A DNA stretch of 64,000 nt from Eledone cirrhosa (GCA_964016885.1 OZ024750.1:5704001-5768000); one strand, 5' to 3'; positions 44,271 through 61,221 are shown, numbered from the stretch's first letter. Numbers and translations: made by a program. The notes: generated by a model from the sequence alone, not told the origin.

Positions 44271-45093
44271 TATATATATATATATATAAAGCATTTGTAA
44301 AGTAATAGAAATAATTAGGAATCAATTATGGTCTTGTTTCAGAGTAATGAGTTAATGCCAGATGAAATGACCTATGGTATTTAATTTCCTTGTTTCACTT
44401 CAAATCTCGCATGAGTTAACTGACAGTTATCTTTTCACCACCAATATACCAGCAATACACTGGATTCCTTGAACCAACTATCTGGCGATCTGCCTAGCAG
44501 GCAAAAAGGAATATTGTGTAGTATCTAGTTACAAAATAAAATGAGAGCAACATTTTGCAACAGCTCACTAAAAGGAAGATACTTAATTGTGGAAAACGAA
44601 GGCAAACTCTAATAGCTACATTATGCCAAGGAGTAAAGTCCATTGTTTGGTGTTGCTTTTTAGTGTTATTGCTATTTACCTAAAAAGATATAATATCTCG
44701 TGTCTAGAAAAACTGACATTATGACATCTTGAGTGAAACGTCTGCTTCTCTCTATTTTCGTCTTCGGAAGCATAAAAAAAAAACCCATAAAAAAAAAACA
44801 TAACATAACATAACAAAACATATTGGAAACAAATATGAAAGAAGTCAGAATAAAGTTAAAGAACAAAATCTGAACCAGATCGTTGTGATAAGAAACGTTT
44901 CGCTGACAAATTGTTCTTTTAGTTTGAAACAAAAGTTAAGTTTTCGTTTTTGTAACCTTTAACAAACCACTGAAAATTATTATTACTATTATTATTATTA
45001 TTATTGTTGTTGTTATTGTTATTGTTATTGTTATTATTATTTTATTGTTTTGAACACGAAGATATTGTAGTTGAATATGACATGTTTTGTCAT

Positions 45094-45129
<36 letters not shown>

Positions 45130-45449
45130 GGAAAAGAAAACGATTTACAAGCCAAGATTAACTTTTAGACTAGCAACTATGGTTAAAGGTTTGAAGTATA
45201 TTGATTTAAAAGTGATATGAATAAGAAATACAATGTTTACCAGTTAAGAGAAAAAAAGAAAAAAGAAAAAAAAAGCTGTCTAACATTCCTGGCAAAAGAA
45301 ATGGGAAACTGGGATAATATTGCTGCCATTCCGAAAGTCAGAAAGGGAATAAGTTATGTGAAATGGTTTCAGCTTAGAATGTAAGTTGATAAGCTAATTT
45401 ACTGAGAATTTGACAATAATAAAATAAAGCTTCAGATATTTAAAGATTA

Positions 45450-45721
45450 GCTCCGGCGTCGGCGTCGCAGGAAGCCCTCGAAGCGTTAGAGGGTTCAGAA
45501 TTGGTAGGGTACCTGAGTTGACCCTGGATGGTTATCCTCCCCCCCTTATTAGGAAATTTTCATTGTTGTATTTTTATTGTTATTTTGTTATTGTTATTTA
45601 TATTATTTAGACATTTTTCTGTAAAACCACTCACTGTCCCTGTCTTTTGTATTGTACCCTATATGTTGGTTCTTGTGGCCAATAAGGAAATTATTATTAT
45701 TATTATTATCATTATTATTAT
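45450..45721 (+). mobile_element. probable non-LTR retrotransposon 3' end
   Basis: GC-rich start, T-rich UTR-like stretch, ending GCCAATAAGGAA plus an (ATT)n tail. Confidence 0.45.
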
Positions 45722-45722
45722 T

Positions 45723-45928
45723 GGGCGGTGGATTGGCAGCATCAGTAGAGGGTCGGGTGCTATGCTTTGCAACACAGAGTTACGGTCTGAGTTCTAATCC
45801 CGCCGAGGTTCACTTTGCCTTTCATCGTTACGGGGTCGATAAAATAAAGTACCAGTAATGCACTGGGGTAATTGCTGGCCTTGTGCCCAAAGTAGAAACA
45901 TTATTATTATTATTATTATTATTATTAT
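45723..45928 (+). mobile_element. SINE family 1, full length, within (ATT)n
   Basis: Consensus match with a (TTA)n tail. Confidence 0.9.
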
Positions 45929-47304
45929 CGTGTTGTTTGAATATCTAGACATTTAATTGTAGTTGAACTTTTAGTTTCTGGGTTGGAGTTGATGAGAGCT
46001 CTGTGTATATATGTATATACACAGAGCTATATATTGGTCTTAGCATGTCTAAATGGTATTAAATTTTGGTACTATTGTTTCGCTTTGAATTTCAGCTTTC
46101 AACATTTCTGTTTCTTGTCAAGCAACACAGAATTAAAAAAAAAAAAAATTGAGTTGAAGATTTCTAAAGCAATTTCAAATCTTTATTCTGGTGAGTAAAG
46201 ACATCTAGTTTTGTGCATTATTTACCATGAAAGTCACAAAAGAAATCAAGTTAAAGTTTTTACATAACAGAAGCTGAAATCTCCCACAAAAGTATTAGAA
46301 ACGGTTACAGTACTCCATTATTTGTACATCAGTCCTTTCTAACTTTTTTTTTCATTCTTGAAAAGAGTGTCATTAAAACATGTCAGACACCTGTGAATCA
46401 CACAACGTTTACAAAGAAGTCTAGAACGTTAGCTAAGAAAGTGACGTGCTGCATTGAAACCATGGCATTCATGTTTGTGTATCAAAAAGCTGGTATGTAC
46501 CAATGTAAGCCTTTCTTGGATAATATCAAAATGAGGCTAGTAATAAACTAGGCAAATCCAATCAGTTACAATCTCTAAAACTATTGACCTTGTGAAACCA
46601 ATTGTATTACTATTTACAAAGTTTTTCACCTTTGTCAATTAGTTGTACATCCAATTTCAAATCTAGCTCTATAGGTATGGTATGGTCCCATGACTCCCTT
46701 TAGTGCCGTACTAACATACGGCACTTCTTAGGTATTTTAAGTCTGGCAGAACCCATCCCTCTCCAGGCCTGATCATAGCAGATTTCTTCCAGAGAAGGAA
46801 AATCTAATTGACGCATGTAAGAACACATTTCAAAGGTGTATATATAAATGTAATCTTTATATATCTTAGTATGAATAAATGTGATGCTTAATTTTAGTTT
46901 GAAATGTTTGTATCAATTTGTTGTTCAATTAATCTGTTATGGGGCGATAATTATACTGGGTTATTTTCTCCCTGTATATTCTAAAATCATTAGAACATAG
47001 ATTTTACATTAACTGCAAAATGTCAAAAGGAATAAGTATATCTATTCATTTTAGAAGATTAGTGTCTTGTTTGGAGGAGACATGTCTTCAGTATAATATA
47101 AAAGATAAAAATAATAGTAAAATATAAAATGTTTCCATGTCTTCAATAAGACATGGAAACATGTTAACATCAGTAAAATACTGATTACAAATAAAGGTTT
47201 CTTTGCTGGAATAATATTGTATATGACATATCACATTTACACGGTACTAGAAACACTAGCACACACATACGTACATAAACACAGGTATACATGCACATAC
47301 ACAC

Positions 47305-47362
<58 letters not shown>

Positions 47363-47426
47363 ATATAGTATATATATGTAATATATATAGTATATGTAAT
47401 ATATAGTATATATGTAATATAATATA

Positions 47427-47481
<55 letters not shown>

Positions 47482-47490
47482 ATATATATA

Positions 47491-47538
<48 letters not shown>

Positions 47539-47832
47539 TATATATGATATCATATATATATACATAGTATATATATTTATATATATGTGTATATGAATAT
47601 GATTAAGTTTCACTTATATTTACACGGTTATAAATGTGAATGAGATTGTCTTTGACACGGGTATGTTTGGTAAGAAGGTTCCAGAGTATCTGCCATTCCA
47701 TATAATCAACTGAAGTGCCACTGGTAGCTACTTAACATATACATCTTAATAGCTCAACTGTTGCTCAACTAAATTGCAGTATCTCATTTACTTCAGCTTT
47801 AAAATAGGCTCCGCTTATTAATAACGAAACAA

Positions 47833-47901
47833 CGATGGTGATGATGATGATGATGATTATGATTATGGTGATGATGGTGATGATTATGATGATGATGATG
47901 G

Positions 47902-47932
<31 letters not shown>

Positions 47933-48000
47933 GGTGATGATTATGGTGATGATGGTGATGATTATGATGATGATGATGGTGATGATTATGATGGTGATGG

Positions 48001-48065
<65 letters not shown>

Positions 48066-48205
48066 GTGATGATGGTGATGGTGATGATTATGATGATGAT
48101 GATGATGGTGATGATTATGATGATGATGATTATGATGATTATGATGATGATGGTAATGATGATGATGATGATGATGATGATGGTAATGATGATGATGACG
48201 ATGAC
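47833..48205. repeat. (GAT)n repeat
   Basis: Direct reading. Confidence 0.95.
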
Positions 48206-48228
48206 GGCGACAACATATAGCAATGATT

Positions 48229-48370
48229 CTTTACGTTCTGAGTTCAAATCGTGCCGAGGTTAGCTTTACGTTTCATCCTTACAGGGTCGATAAAATAAAG
48301 TACCAGTAACGCACTGGGGTTGATTTAATCAACTTTCCCGTCTCCTATCCAAATTGCTGGCCTTGTGCCT
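48229..48370 (+). mobile_element. SINE family 1 long form, truncated (second tail fragment at 48887-48955)
   Basis: B box, core and the extra C-rich segment. Confidence 0.85.
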
Positions 48371-48435
48371 CATGCATAATTTTCAGATAGACACAACATG
48401 ACACAGTGTGTGATAAAGTTGATCCTTTGACATGC

Positions 48436-48487
<52 letters not shown>

Positions 48488-48491
<4 letters not shown>

Positions 48492-48500
48492 AATAGATAA

Positions 48501-48535
<35 letters not shown>

Positions 48536-48547
48536 ATAAATAGATAA

Positions 48548-48584
<37 letters not shown>

Positions 48585-48596
48585 ATAAATAGATAA

Positions 48597-48633
<37 letters not shown>

Positions 48634-48645
48634 ATAAATAGATAA

Positions 48646-48684
<39 letters not shown>

Positions 48685-48696
48685 ATAAATAGATAA

Positions 48697-48756
<60 letters not shown>

Positions 48757-48768
48757 ATAAATAGATAA

Positions 48769-48812
<44 letters not shown>

Positions 48813-48821
48813 AATAGATAA

Positions 48822-48886
<65 letters not shown>
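48488..48886. repeat. composite minisatellite AATAAATAGATAAAC(AC)n(AT)n
   Basis: About 8 units with variable dinucleotide lengths. Confidence 0.9.
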
Positions 48887-48887
<1 letters not shown>

Positions 48888-49761
48888 GCACTGGGGTCGA
48901 TTTAATCCACTCCCCCTCCCCTAAAACTGCTGGCCTTGTGCCTATATAAGAAACATCTATTACCTTCTGTATTATCATACTGATGGTAATAATGATCACT
49001 TTACAATGACTTATGTAAGAGGAGTCTGCTACGGTAGACATCTTGGAAGAAGTAGACTGTTGAGCGTGACGAAAGAGTCTAATGATAACAGAAACTATTC
49101 CAAATAGCAAAGAACTAAACAACTGAACAAACGAATGAAATAATTAAACACAAACATAACCTACAACAGTATCATTGTTTTCTCTTTATCTTCGGGTAGA
49201 ATAATATCTACCTCTCTCTCACTCTATCTATCTATCTATCTCTCTCTCTCACTCACTTTCTCTCTCTATCTATCTATCTCTCTCTCTCTCTCTCTCTCAC
49301 TCACTTTCTCTCTCTATATATCTATCTATCTCTCACACACTCACTTTCTCGTTCTCTATATCTATCTATCTATCTCTCACACACTCACTTTCTCTCTCTA
49401 TATATCTATCTACCTCTCTCTCACTCATTCACGCACTCACTCACTTTCTCTCTCTATATATCTATCTACCTCTCTCTCACTCACTTTCTCTCTCTATATA
49501 TCTATCTACCTCTCACTCACTCACTCACTCAGTCTCACTCTCTCTATCGATCTACATATCTAACTATCTACCTCACCCACTCACTCACCCACCCACTTAC
49601 TCACTCACTCTCACTCACTCACTTTCTTTCTCTCTCTATATACATATATATGTACCTACCTACCTACCTACCTACCTACCTACCTACCTACCTACCTACC
49701 TACCTACCTACCTACCTACCTATCAACCTATCTATCGATCAATCTATCTATCCAAATATCC

Positions 49762-49799
<38 letters not shown>

Positions 49800-49814
49800 A
49801 GAATCCACGTATAT

Positions 49815-49879
<65 letters not shown>

Positions 49880-50027
49880 CAGACACAGACTCACACACAC
49901 ATATATATTTGTGAGTGTTTGTTTGCGTGTGTGTGTGTCTGTGTGGTTCGCTCTATATGTATCTTTTTGTATATTGCCAATGGAAGTAGGTGTAAGTACG
50001 TATGTACGCGATTGTCTGTTTGCTTGC

Positions 50028-50110
<83 letters not shown>

Positions 50111-50236
50111 TTAGAAAGTGAACAACACAAAATATAACTACTCCATTACCAAAGGTTTCTGGATCCCAGACAATAATAATATACGTCTGGATCGGTCGTC
50201 AGACCGAGATGTTATCATTTATATATATATATATAT

Positions 50237-50416
50237 AAGAAAATGAGGTTTTTTTTCAATGAAAAAAAAACAAGATGTCCTACACGAGTGAAAGTATAAG
50301 GAAAAAAGATGAAATCGAAAATGCAGCTGGAGTCTTTTTAAGAATATTTATTTGTTTCCTATATAATAAATATTCTTAAAAAGACTCCAGTTGCATTTTC
50401 GATTTCATCTTTTTTT

Positions 50417-50422
<6 letters not shown>
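50237..50422. mobile_element. TA-flanked foldback element, family C
   Basis: About 58-bp near-perfect arms at 50295-50352 and 50365-50422. Confidence 0.8.
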
Positions 50423-50455
<33 letters not shown>

Positions 50456-50461
<6 letters not shown>

Positions 50462-50814
50462 GATATTAATAAATGGAAACTATATTTATAAAACCATATT
50501 TATTTCATTATACATATTTCAGGGATACCAAATTAAATTATGGTATGCCTTCATCAGACAAAATACAATATATAACAGTTTTACAAATAGCTTTGACGTA
50601 CCCTATTAAAATGCAACCATTGTTTTTGGAAGTCATCCGGATAGTTTAATTTAATTTGGTATCCCTGAAATATGTATAATGAAATAAATATGGTTTTATA
50701 AATATAGTTTCCATTTATTAATATCGTATATCTACTCCAAATACTTGTCGAGTGCTTTATATCAGTTATAAAAATATTTACTTGTTGTATCCCAACAATT
50801 TTAAATAGAACTTT

Positions 50815-50817
<3 letters not shown>
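50456..50817. mobile_element. TA-flanked HHR-bearing foldback element, family D
   Basis: Perfect 85-bp arms (50456-50540 and 50647-50731), GAGTGC near 50750, and (TA)n on both sides. Confidence 0.88.
50501..50565 (-). ncRNA. type-I hammerhead ribozyme motif
   Basis: tattttgt CTGATGA aggcatacca...tggtatccct GAAA tatgta TA atgaaata: 8-bp helix I with two G-U pairs; helix II pairs at 9 of the first 10 positions. Confidence 0.85.
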
Positions 50818-50868
<51 letters not shown>

Positions 50869-50873
<5 letters not shown>

Positions 50874-50969
50874 GTTTCTACTTTTGGCACAAGGCCAGCA
50901 ATTATCCCAGTGCATTACTGGTACTTTATTTTATCGACCCCGTAAGGATGAAAGGCAAAGTTAACCTCG
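50869..50969 (-). mobile_element. SINE family 1, 5'-truncated
   Basis: Tail plus core match. Confidence 0.88.
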
Positions 50970-51283
50970 ATATATATAATACACACAAACATTTAATGCA
51001 AATGAAATTGTACCGATTGACACATGCAAGACAAGCGTGCTTGATTCACCTAAGTCTGCTATTTAATCCTCCGCCATCTTAATAAGCCATTAAATTATTC
51101 GTGTCACTATAGTAACTGAAGTAGGAAGGTATCAAGTGATGTTTCAATGCTGTACCGCATCAATTCTACAAAGATAAAGAAAGCATCTTTTCTTTCTACT
51201 TTGTGTTTTCTCCTATTTAACGAGAATATACGAGATGGTTTATAAATAACTAAGATCTAAATCACTAAATACATAGATGTAAG

Positions 51284-51373
<90 letters not shown>

Positions 51374-51575
51374 CGTAAGTATACACACACACACGTATAT
51401 ATATATATATATATACATATGTTATTCGTAAGTATATATGCATATATACATATAAATATATATATATATTATTCGTATGTATATATATATATATAAATAT
51501 ATATATATATTATTCGTATGTATATATATATATATATATATATAAATATGTATATATTATTCGTATGTATGTGTA

Positions 51576-51646
<71 letters not shown>

Positions 51647-52194
51647 AATAGAAACGTGAGGAGTACTTCCAATTTTGAGATACCACTCTCATATAAATAT
51701 CAAATTCACCTCTATTTGTTTTAGCTAAAATTCTCTTTCGTATCGATTAATCACCATTTATCATATTGTCATTAAAAAGCGAAGAGAGGTGGGATTCAAT
51801 TCCCATGAAACTCTATTTTCCCGAAATGTGTATTCCAAATGTCGCACTCAGTCCCAATTGCATTTAATTTTCAACTAATTTTAATTAATTTAGATTTTTC
51901 TTGACATGTGCTTGTAATTCAGATAATAAATAATTCTTCTCAATATAAGTGTAATATTAATCATTGTTTCGTGTATAATAATACCCGCTTATAATTTATA
52001 ACACTAGATGTTAACTGTCTCTTATATATATCTTGGAATTCCGCTTACTGTATCTTGAGTTTCAGGAAACATGGGAACCATGGTTGGAGCATCATATAAG
52101 TTAAAAATGACTTTTTTTTTAGCCAATTTGACTTGTATCCTCCCCAAAGTGAGATTTGGACTTAAATTCAATATATATATATATATATATATAT

Positions 52195-52427
52195 GTAGGA
52201 GGTGAGTTTTATTGTAGTACAATAAAGCAATGCAGATATCGGATAAGAAGCACTCTACAGTTTGATATGTTGATTTAAAACTGCACTATCAACAAGTGTT
52301 TTTTTAGCCTTCATATCATGTTCTCCTGTTTTATCTGATGAAAACGCAAATATTATTGTTTGATGATGTTTGTTTTTGAAATGCGCATAATAAAATATAT
52401 GGAACTCCTTTAACCATCTTTTGATCT

Positions 52428-52432
<5 letters not shown>
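52195..52432. mobile_element. TA-flanked HHR-bearing element (family D-like)
   Basis: (TA)n on both sides, AGCACTCTACAGTTT shared with 24577-24591, and HHR at 52328-52396. Confidence 0.7.
52328..52396 (+). ncRNA. type-I hammerhead ribozyme motif
   Basis: gttttat CTGATGA aaacgcaaatattatt-gttt-gatgatgtttgttttt GAAA tgcgca TA ataaaat: 7-bp helix I, helix II with 15 of 16 pairs including G-U, and palindromic GCGC loop III. Confidence 0.88.
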
Positions 52433-52462
<30 letters not shown>

Positions 52463-52465
<3 letters not shown>

Positions 52466-52598
52466 AATTTAAGATGCGAGAAAAACCACAAACACTCCAT
52501 CTCAATTCTACGTTTGAAAGGCATAAGAACTGTGAAACTGGTAAAGGAAATAAATAAATATTCTTAAAACGACACCAGTTGCATATTCGATTTCTTTT

Positions 52599-52603
<5 letters not shown>
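52463..52603 (+). mobile_element. TA-flanked element, family C
   Basis: Reverse-complement homologue of 28845-28960. Confidence 0.7.
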
Positions 52604-52658
<55 letters not shown>

Positions 52659-53060
52659 TGAGAGAGCGAGAGCGAAAGAGAGAAACTAAAAGTATATATA
52701 CATATTAAAGAAGTGTAGTTTTTATGAAAGATTTTGAAATATAATTCAAGACGTAAGTAATTTAGGAAGCCACAATAATTCAAGCTGGAAAGAGGATGAA
52801 AACAAAAGTTAAACAGACATATTCTTTCACACCTTTAATATTTATATCGTTACTGTTGTTTTCTAAAGCCATTATCAAGAAACAATGAGGTCTGAAGTTA
52901 GTGCTGACATAAACAAAGTTGAATCTCTATTGTCTCTTGATAAGGGTTTCTTTTTTTTTTTTTTCCGAAATATCGAAATATAATATATTAAATAAAAACC
53001 TTTGTTTTCATTTCCACTCGTATATTTACAACTTGCATTGCACCGGCTTTCTGAAATAGT

Positions 53061-56158
<3,098 letters not shown>

Positions 56159-56247
56159 AAGTAAAAGGTAAAAGGAAATAACAACACAATAGGTACAGTA
56201 TATGGAAGGGATATATTAGGTTAACGCTTGATATAGCAGGAAGAGGG

Positions 56248-56283
56248 TCTTAACGTTTCAGACGCTAGTCCTTCATCAGAAGA
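56248..56283 (-). ncRNA. minimal type-I hammerhead ribozyme motif
   Basis: tctt CTGATGA a ggac-tagc-gtct GAAA cg TT aaga: 4-bp helix I, 4-bp helix II, palindromic ACGU at helix III. Confidence 0.65.
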
Positions 56284-56362
56284 AAGAATGAGAAATAAGA
56301 TAGATTGAGGGGACGGGCGGATTGGAATTGGAAAAAATGGTTTTAGATAAAAATAACAGATC

Positions 56363-56451
<89 letters not shown>

Positions 56452-56468
56452 GCGCACACACATATATA

Positions 56469-56642
56469 TAATTGTTTCTACTTTTGGCACAAGGCCAGCA
56501 GTTATCCCAGTGTATTACTGGTACTTTATTTTATCGACCCTGTAAGGATGAAAGGCAAAGTTAACCTCGGCAGAATTTGAACTCAGAATGGCAAGGGCCG
56601 TAACTCTATGCGTCAAAGCATGGTGTCCGACCCTCTACCGAT
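56469..56642 (-). mobile_element. SINE family 1
   Basis: Consensus match lacking the extreme 5' end. Confidence 0.9.
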
Positions 56643-57382
56643 TATTCTATGTACTATACATTCACCTTTGATGAGTTGTAGTGCACCTGAGCACTGTACA
56701 CAACAATTTTCATTATTATTATTATTTCATTACTATTATAATAACACATTTTTCTTACCGTGTAAAAGGAATGAAAATAATAACAACAAGGCTAAAACAA
56801 AGCAATTTTCTCCCAGCCATTCTTAATACACAAACAGATTTTTTATTTTTATATAATGTTATATTATTAAAGTATTATTTATATATTTTATTAATGAATG
56901 GTCCTCGTTCCAGTGTTCAGAGGCCTGGGTACCTCACTATGTACATGTCTCTGTGAGTGTCTGGGGTTATGTGTCTGTGTATGGGGTCTGTGAGTGTGTA
57001 TGCATGTGGGCTTGTATAAATGTCTATGTACGTATGTGTGTGTAAGCATGTGTGCTTGTATACGCGTGCGTGTGATTGTATGCGTTTGTATGCGTGTGCC
57101 TGTGTGTGTGTGTGTGTCAGTGTGTGTCAGTGTGTGTGTGTGAGTGGGAGAGTATGGGTCAGCTATGCGTGTAGGTAATTGTCTGCGTATGTCTGTACAT
57201 GAAAGTGTAATTGAGAAACAAATAGAGAACAAGAGATAAATAGATATATAGATAGATAGGTAGATAGAAAGATAGATAGATAGATAGATAGATATAGAGA
57301 GAGAGAGATAGAGAGAGGTATATAGATAGATTGGTAGATAGATAGATATGATAGATAGATAGATAGAGAGAGAGAGAGATAG

Positions 57383-57435
<53 letters not shown>

Positions 57436-57818
57436 GATAGAGCGAGAGAGATAGAAAGAACGAGAGAGACAGAGATAGATAGAACAAGATAGCGATAGAG
57501 TGAGTGTGTGAGTGAGTGTGTCTGTGTGGGTGGTGGGTAGAGGAAGGCAAGCAGGGTGTGTGTGTGTGTGTGTAGGAAGGCAAGCAGAGGGGAGGATGTG
57601 GAGGCAAGGGATGTATTCATGTAAAACTCAGTAAATCTGACAGTTATAACTAGAAGGGAAAACAGTTGTGGCAGATTCCTTGAACCATTTCAAGGAAACA
57701 GCCATAAATGTCGACCAACGAACTGACAGTAACGACCACTAAGACGGAACCATTAACCTACACACATAAACTACCACACAGACTATACAAAAAACTCTGA
57801 TGCTAGTGGTGGCTAATA

Positions 57819-58399
57819 TAGTAGTAGTAGTAGTTGTTGTAGTAGTGGTAGTAGTTGTAGTGGTAGTTGTAGTTGTAGTAATTGTAGTAGTGGTAGTTGT
57901 AGTAGTAGTTGTAGTAGTTGTAGTGGTAGTTGTAGTAGTAGTAGTTGTAGTTGTAGTGGTAGTTGTAGTGGTAGTAGTTCTAGTAGTTGTAGTGGTAGTT
58001 GTAGTGGTAGGAGTAGTAGTAGTTGTAGTCGTAGTTGTAGTGGTAGTAGTTGTAGTAGTTGTAGTTGTAGTAGTAGTTGTAGTTGTAGTAGTAGTAGTTG
58101 TAGTGGTAGTTGTAGTAGTAGTAGTTGTAGTAGTAGTTGTTGTAGTGGAAGTTGTAGTAGTAGTTGTAGTTGTAGTAGTAGTAGTAGTAGTAACAGCCAT
58201 AACAACAACAGTAGTAGTAGTAATGGTGGTGGTGGTGTTAAAAGTAGTCTAAGTAATAATAGTAGTAGTGTTAGTTGTAGTAGTAGTGGTAGTAGTAGTA
58301 GTAGTAGTTGCTGTAGTAGTGGTAGTTGTAGTAGTAGTTGCTGTAGTAGTGGTAGTTGTAGTAGTAGTAGTAGTAGTAGTAGTAGTTGCTGTAGTAGTG

Positions 58400-58431
<32 letters not shown>

Positions 58432-58495
58432 TGCTGTAGTAGTGGTAGTTGTAGTAGTAGTAGTAGTAGTAGTAGTAGTTGCTGTAGTAGTGGTT

Positions 58496-58533
<38 letters not shown>
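57819..58533. repeat. (GTA/GTT/GTG)n repeat
   Basis: Direct reading. Confidence 0.95.
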
Positions 58534-58534
<1 letters not shown>

Positions 58535-58829
58535 TTGTTGGCGGTGTTGGTGAAAATAGTGATAGAGAGTAGAGATGTTTCGTAATGCTGGTTTCCTGGC
58601 TGCTCAGATATGGGTGGGGTGGGTCGTGAGGGGATGAAATAACGTTGGTTATGGAGAGAGAGAGAGAGTGAGAGAGTGAGAGAGTGGGAGAGAGAGTGAG
58701 AGAGGGGGGAGTGAAAGAGAGAGAGAGTGCAAGAGAGGTAGAAGTAGAGAGAGAGAGAGAGAGAAGTAGAGAGAGAGTGCAAGAGTGGTAAAGAGTGGTA
58801 AAGAGAGAGAGAGAGAGTGTAAGAGTGGT

Positions 58830-58874
<45 letters not shown>

Positions 58875-58962
58875 CTATATTAGCAGTTGACAAATTGTGA
58901 TGGTTCTGGATGTAAATTAAAAAGAAACCATCTTCAGAGGCTTCCTCCCTTCTCCATTTCTA

Positions 58963-59455
58963 CATCATCATCAACATCACCATCATCATCGTCATCACCA
59001 TCACCATCACCATCACCATCATCTCCTTCATCATCACCATCACCATCACCATCATCATCTTCTCCTTCATCATCAACATCACCATCTTCTCCTTCATCAT
59101 CAACATCACCATCACCATCATCATCATCATCATCTTCTCCTTCATCATCAACATCACCATCACCATCACCATCACCTCCTTCATCATCACCATCACCATC
59201 ACCATCATCATCTTCTCCTTCATCATCAACATCACCATCTTCTCCTTCATCATCAACATCACCATCACCATCATCATCATCATCATCTTCTCCTTCATCA
59301 TCAACATCAACATCACCATCACCATCATCATCTTCTCCTTAATCATCAACATCACCATCACCATCTTCTACTTCATCATCAACATCACCATCACCATCAT
59401 CGTCATCATCTTCTACTTAATCATCACCACCACCATCACCATCATCATCACCATC
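58963..59455. repeat. (CAT/CAC)n repeat with TCTCCT interruptions
   Basis: Direct reading. Confidence 0.93.
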
Positions 59456-59488
59456 TCTCCCTTTCATTTATTACTCTCATTATCTCTT

Positions 59489-59675
59489 GTGGATTGGCAG
59501 TATCGGCAGAGAGTCGGACGCCATGTTTTGAAGCATAGAGTTACGTCCCTTTATGATCTGAGTTCAAATCCCGCCGAGGTTAACTTTGTCTTTCATCCTT
59601 ACGGGGTCGATAAAATAAAGTACCAGTAATGTACTGAGATAATTGCTGGCCTTGTGCCAAAAGTAGAAACAATTA
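59489..59675 (+). mobile_element. SINE family 1, full length
   Basis: Consensus match with 10-bp TSD ATTATCTCTT (59479-59488 and 59672-59681). Confidence 0.92.
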
Positions 59676-59900
59676 TCTCTTCTCGTCTCTCTTCAAACGT
59701 ATTTCTCAGTCTTATGGGTTTTTTTTCTTCTTCTTCTTCCTTCCTTCTTCCTTTCCTTCCTTCCTTCCTTCCTTCCTTCCTTTCTTCCTTCCTTCCTTCC
59801 TTCCTTCCATGTCATATTTTCCTTTTAACAGTTTTCGATTTTAAATGCTGTCCATTGAAACAGATTGTGTATGTTGTGCAATATTTTTTTTGTTTTGTGT

Positions 59901-60304
59901 GTATGTTACTATATGTGTATGTTACTATATGTGTATGTTACTATATGTGTATGTTACTATATGTGTATGTTACTATATGTGTGTATGTTACTATATGTGT
60001 GTATGTTACTATATGTGTGTATGTTACTATATGTGTGTATGTTACTATATGTGTATGTTACTATATGTGTGTATGTTACTATATGTGTGTATGTTACTAT
60101 ATGTGTGTATGTTACTATATGTGTGTATGTTACTATATGTGTATGTTACTATATGTGTATGTTACTATATGTGTATGTTACTATATGTGTATGTTACTAT
60201 ATGTGTATGTTACTATATGTGTATGTTACTATATGTGTATATTACTATATGTGTATGTTACTATATGTGTATGTTACTATATGTGTATGTTACTATATGT
60301 GTGT
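59901..60304. repeat. 16/18-bp minisatellite ATGTTACTATATGTGT(GT)
   Basis: Direct reading. Confidence 0.95.
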
Positions 60305-60628
60305 GTGTAATACATATAGACTAGTATGAATTAGACATATATCTATAAACCTATGTAACTTTAGCATGTAAACACACATACGTAAATTATACACACACAC
60401 ACATAGATACGTATGCGCACACACTCACACACATATATATATTTATATATATGTACACATATACATATACACACATATATATATACATATACATATATAC
60501 ATACATACACATATACATATACATATATACATACATACACATATACATATACATATATACATACATACACATATACATATACATATATACATACATATAC
60601 ATATATACATATACACACACATATATAC

Positions 60629-60661
<33 letters not shown>

Positions 60662-60728
60662 CATATATATATATACACACACATATATACATATATATAT
60701 ATATACATATATATATACATATACACAC

Positions 60729-60851
<123 letters not shown>

Positions 60852-60878
60852 CATATATATATATATACATATATATAC

Positions 60879-60947
<69 letters not shown>

Positions 60948-60978
60948 TATATATATATACACATATATATATATATAT

Positions 60979-61037
<59 letters not shown>

Positions 61038-61042
<5 letters not shown>

Positions 61043-61181
61043 TACACGAGAGAGACATACGTACTTGCTGGCCTTGTGCCAAAAGTACGTATGTCTCTCT
61101 CGTGTAAACAAAATAAAAAAATTTTACTCTGCCATGTATTGAGTACCTTACTTACTGTGGTTATCCCCGACTCAACCCGGG
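61038..61181 (+). mobile_element. TA-flanked family B element with a hairpin
   Basis: Family B end (GTATTGAGTACCTTACTTACTGTGGTTATCCCCG) plus a perfect 29-bp inverted repeat (61038-61066 and 61083-61111). Confidence 0.85.
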
Positions 61182-61187
61182 ACCTAC

Positions 61188-61221
<34 letters not shown>

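Noticed and set aside
51068-51082. Second CGCCATCTT (YY1-like/ATG) site
   Set aside because: The minus-strand ATG hits a stop after four codons, and a lone motif is insufficient.
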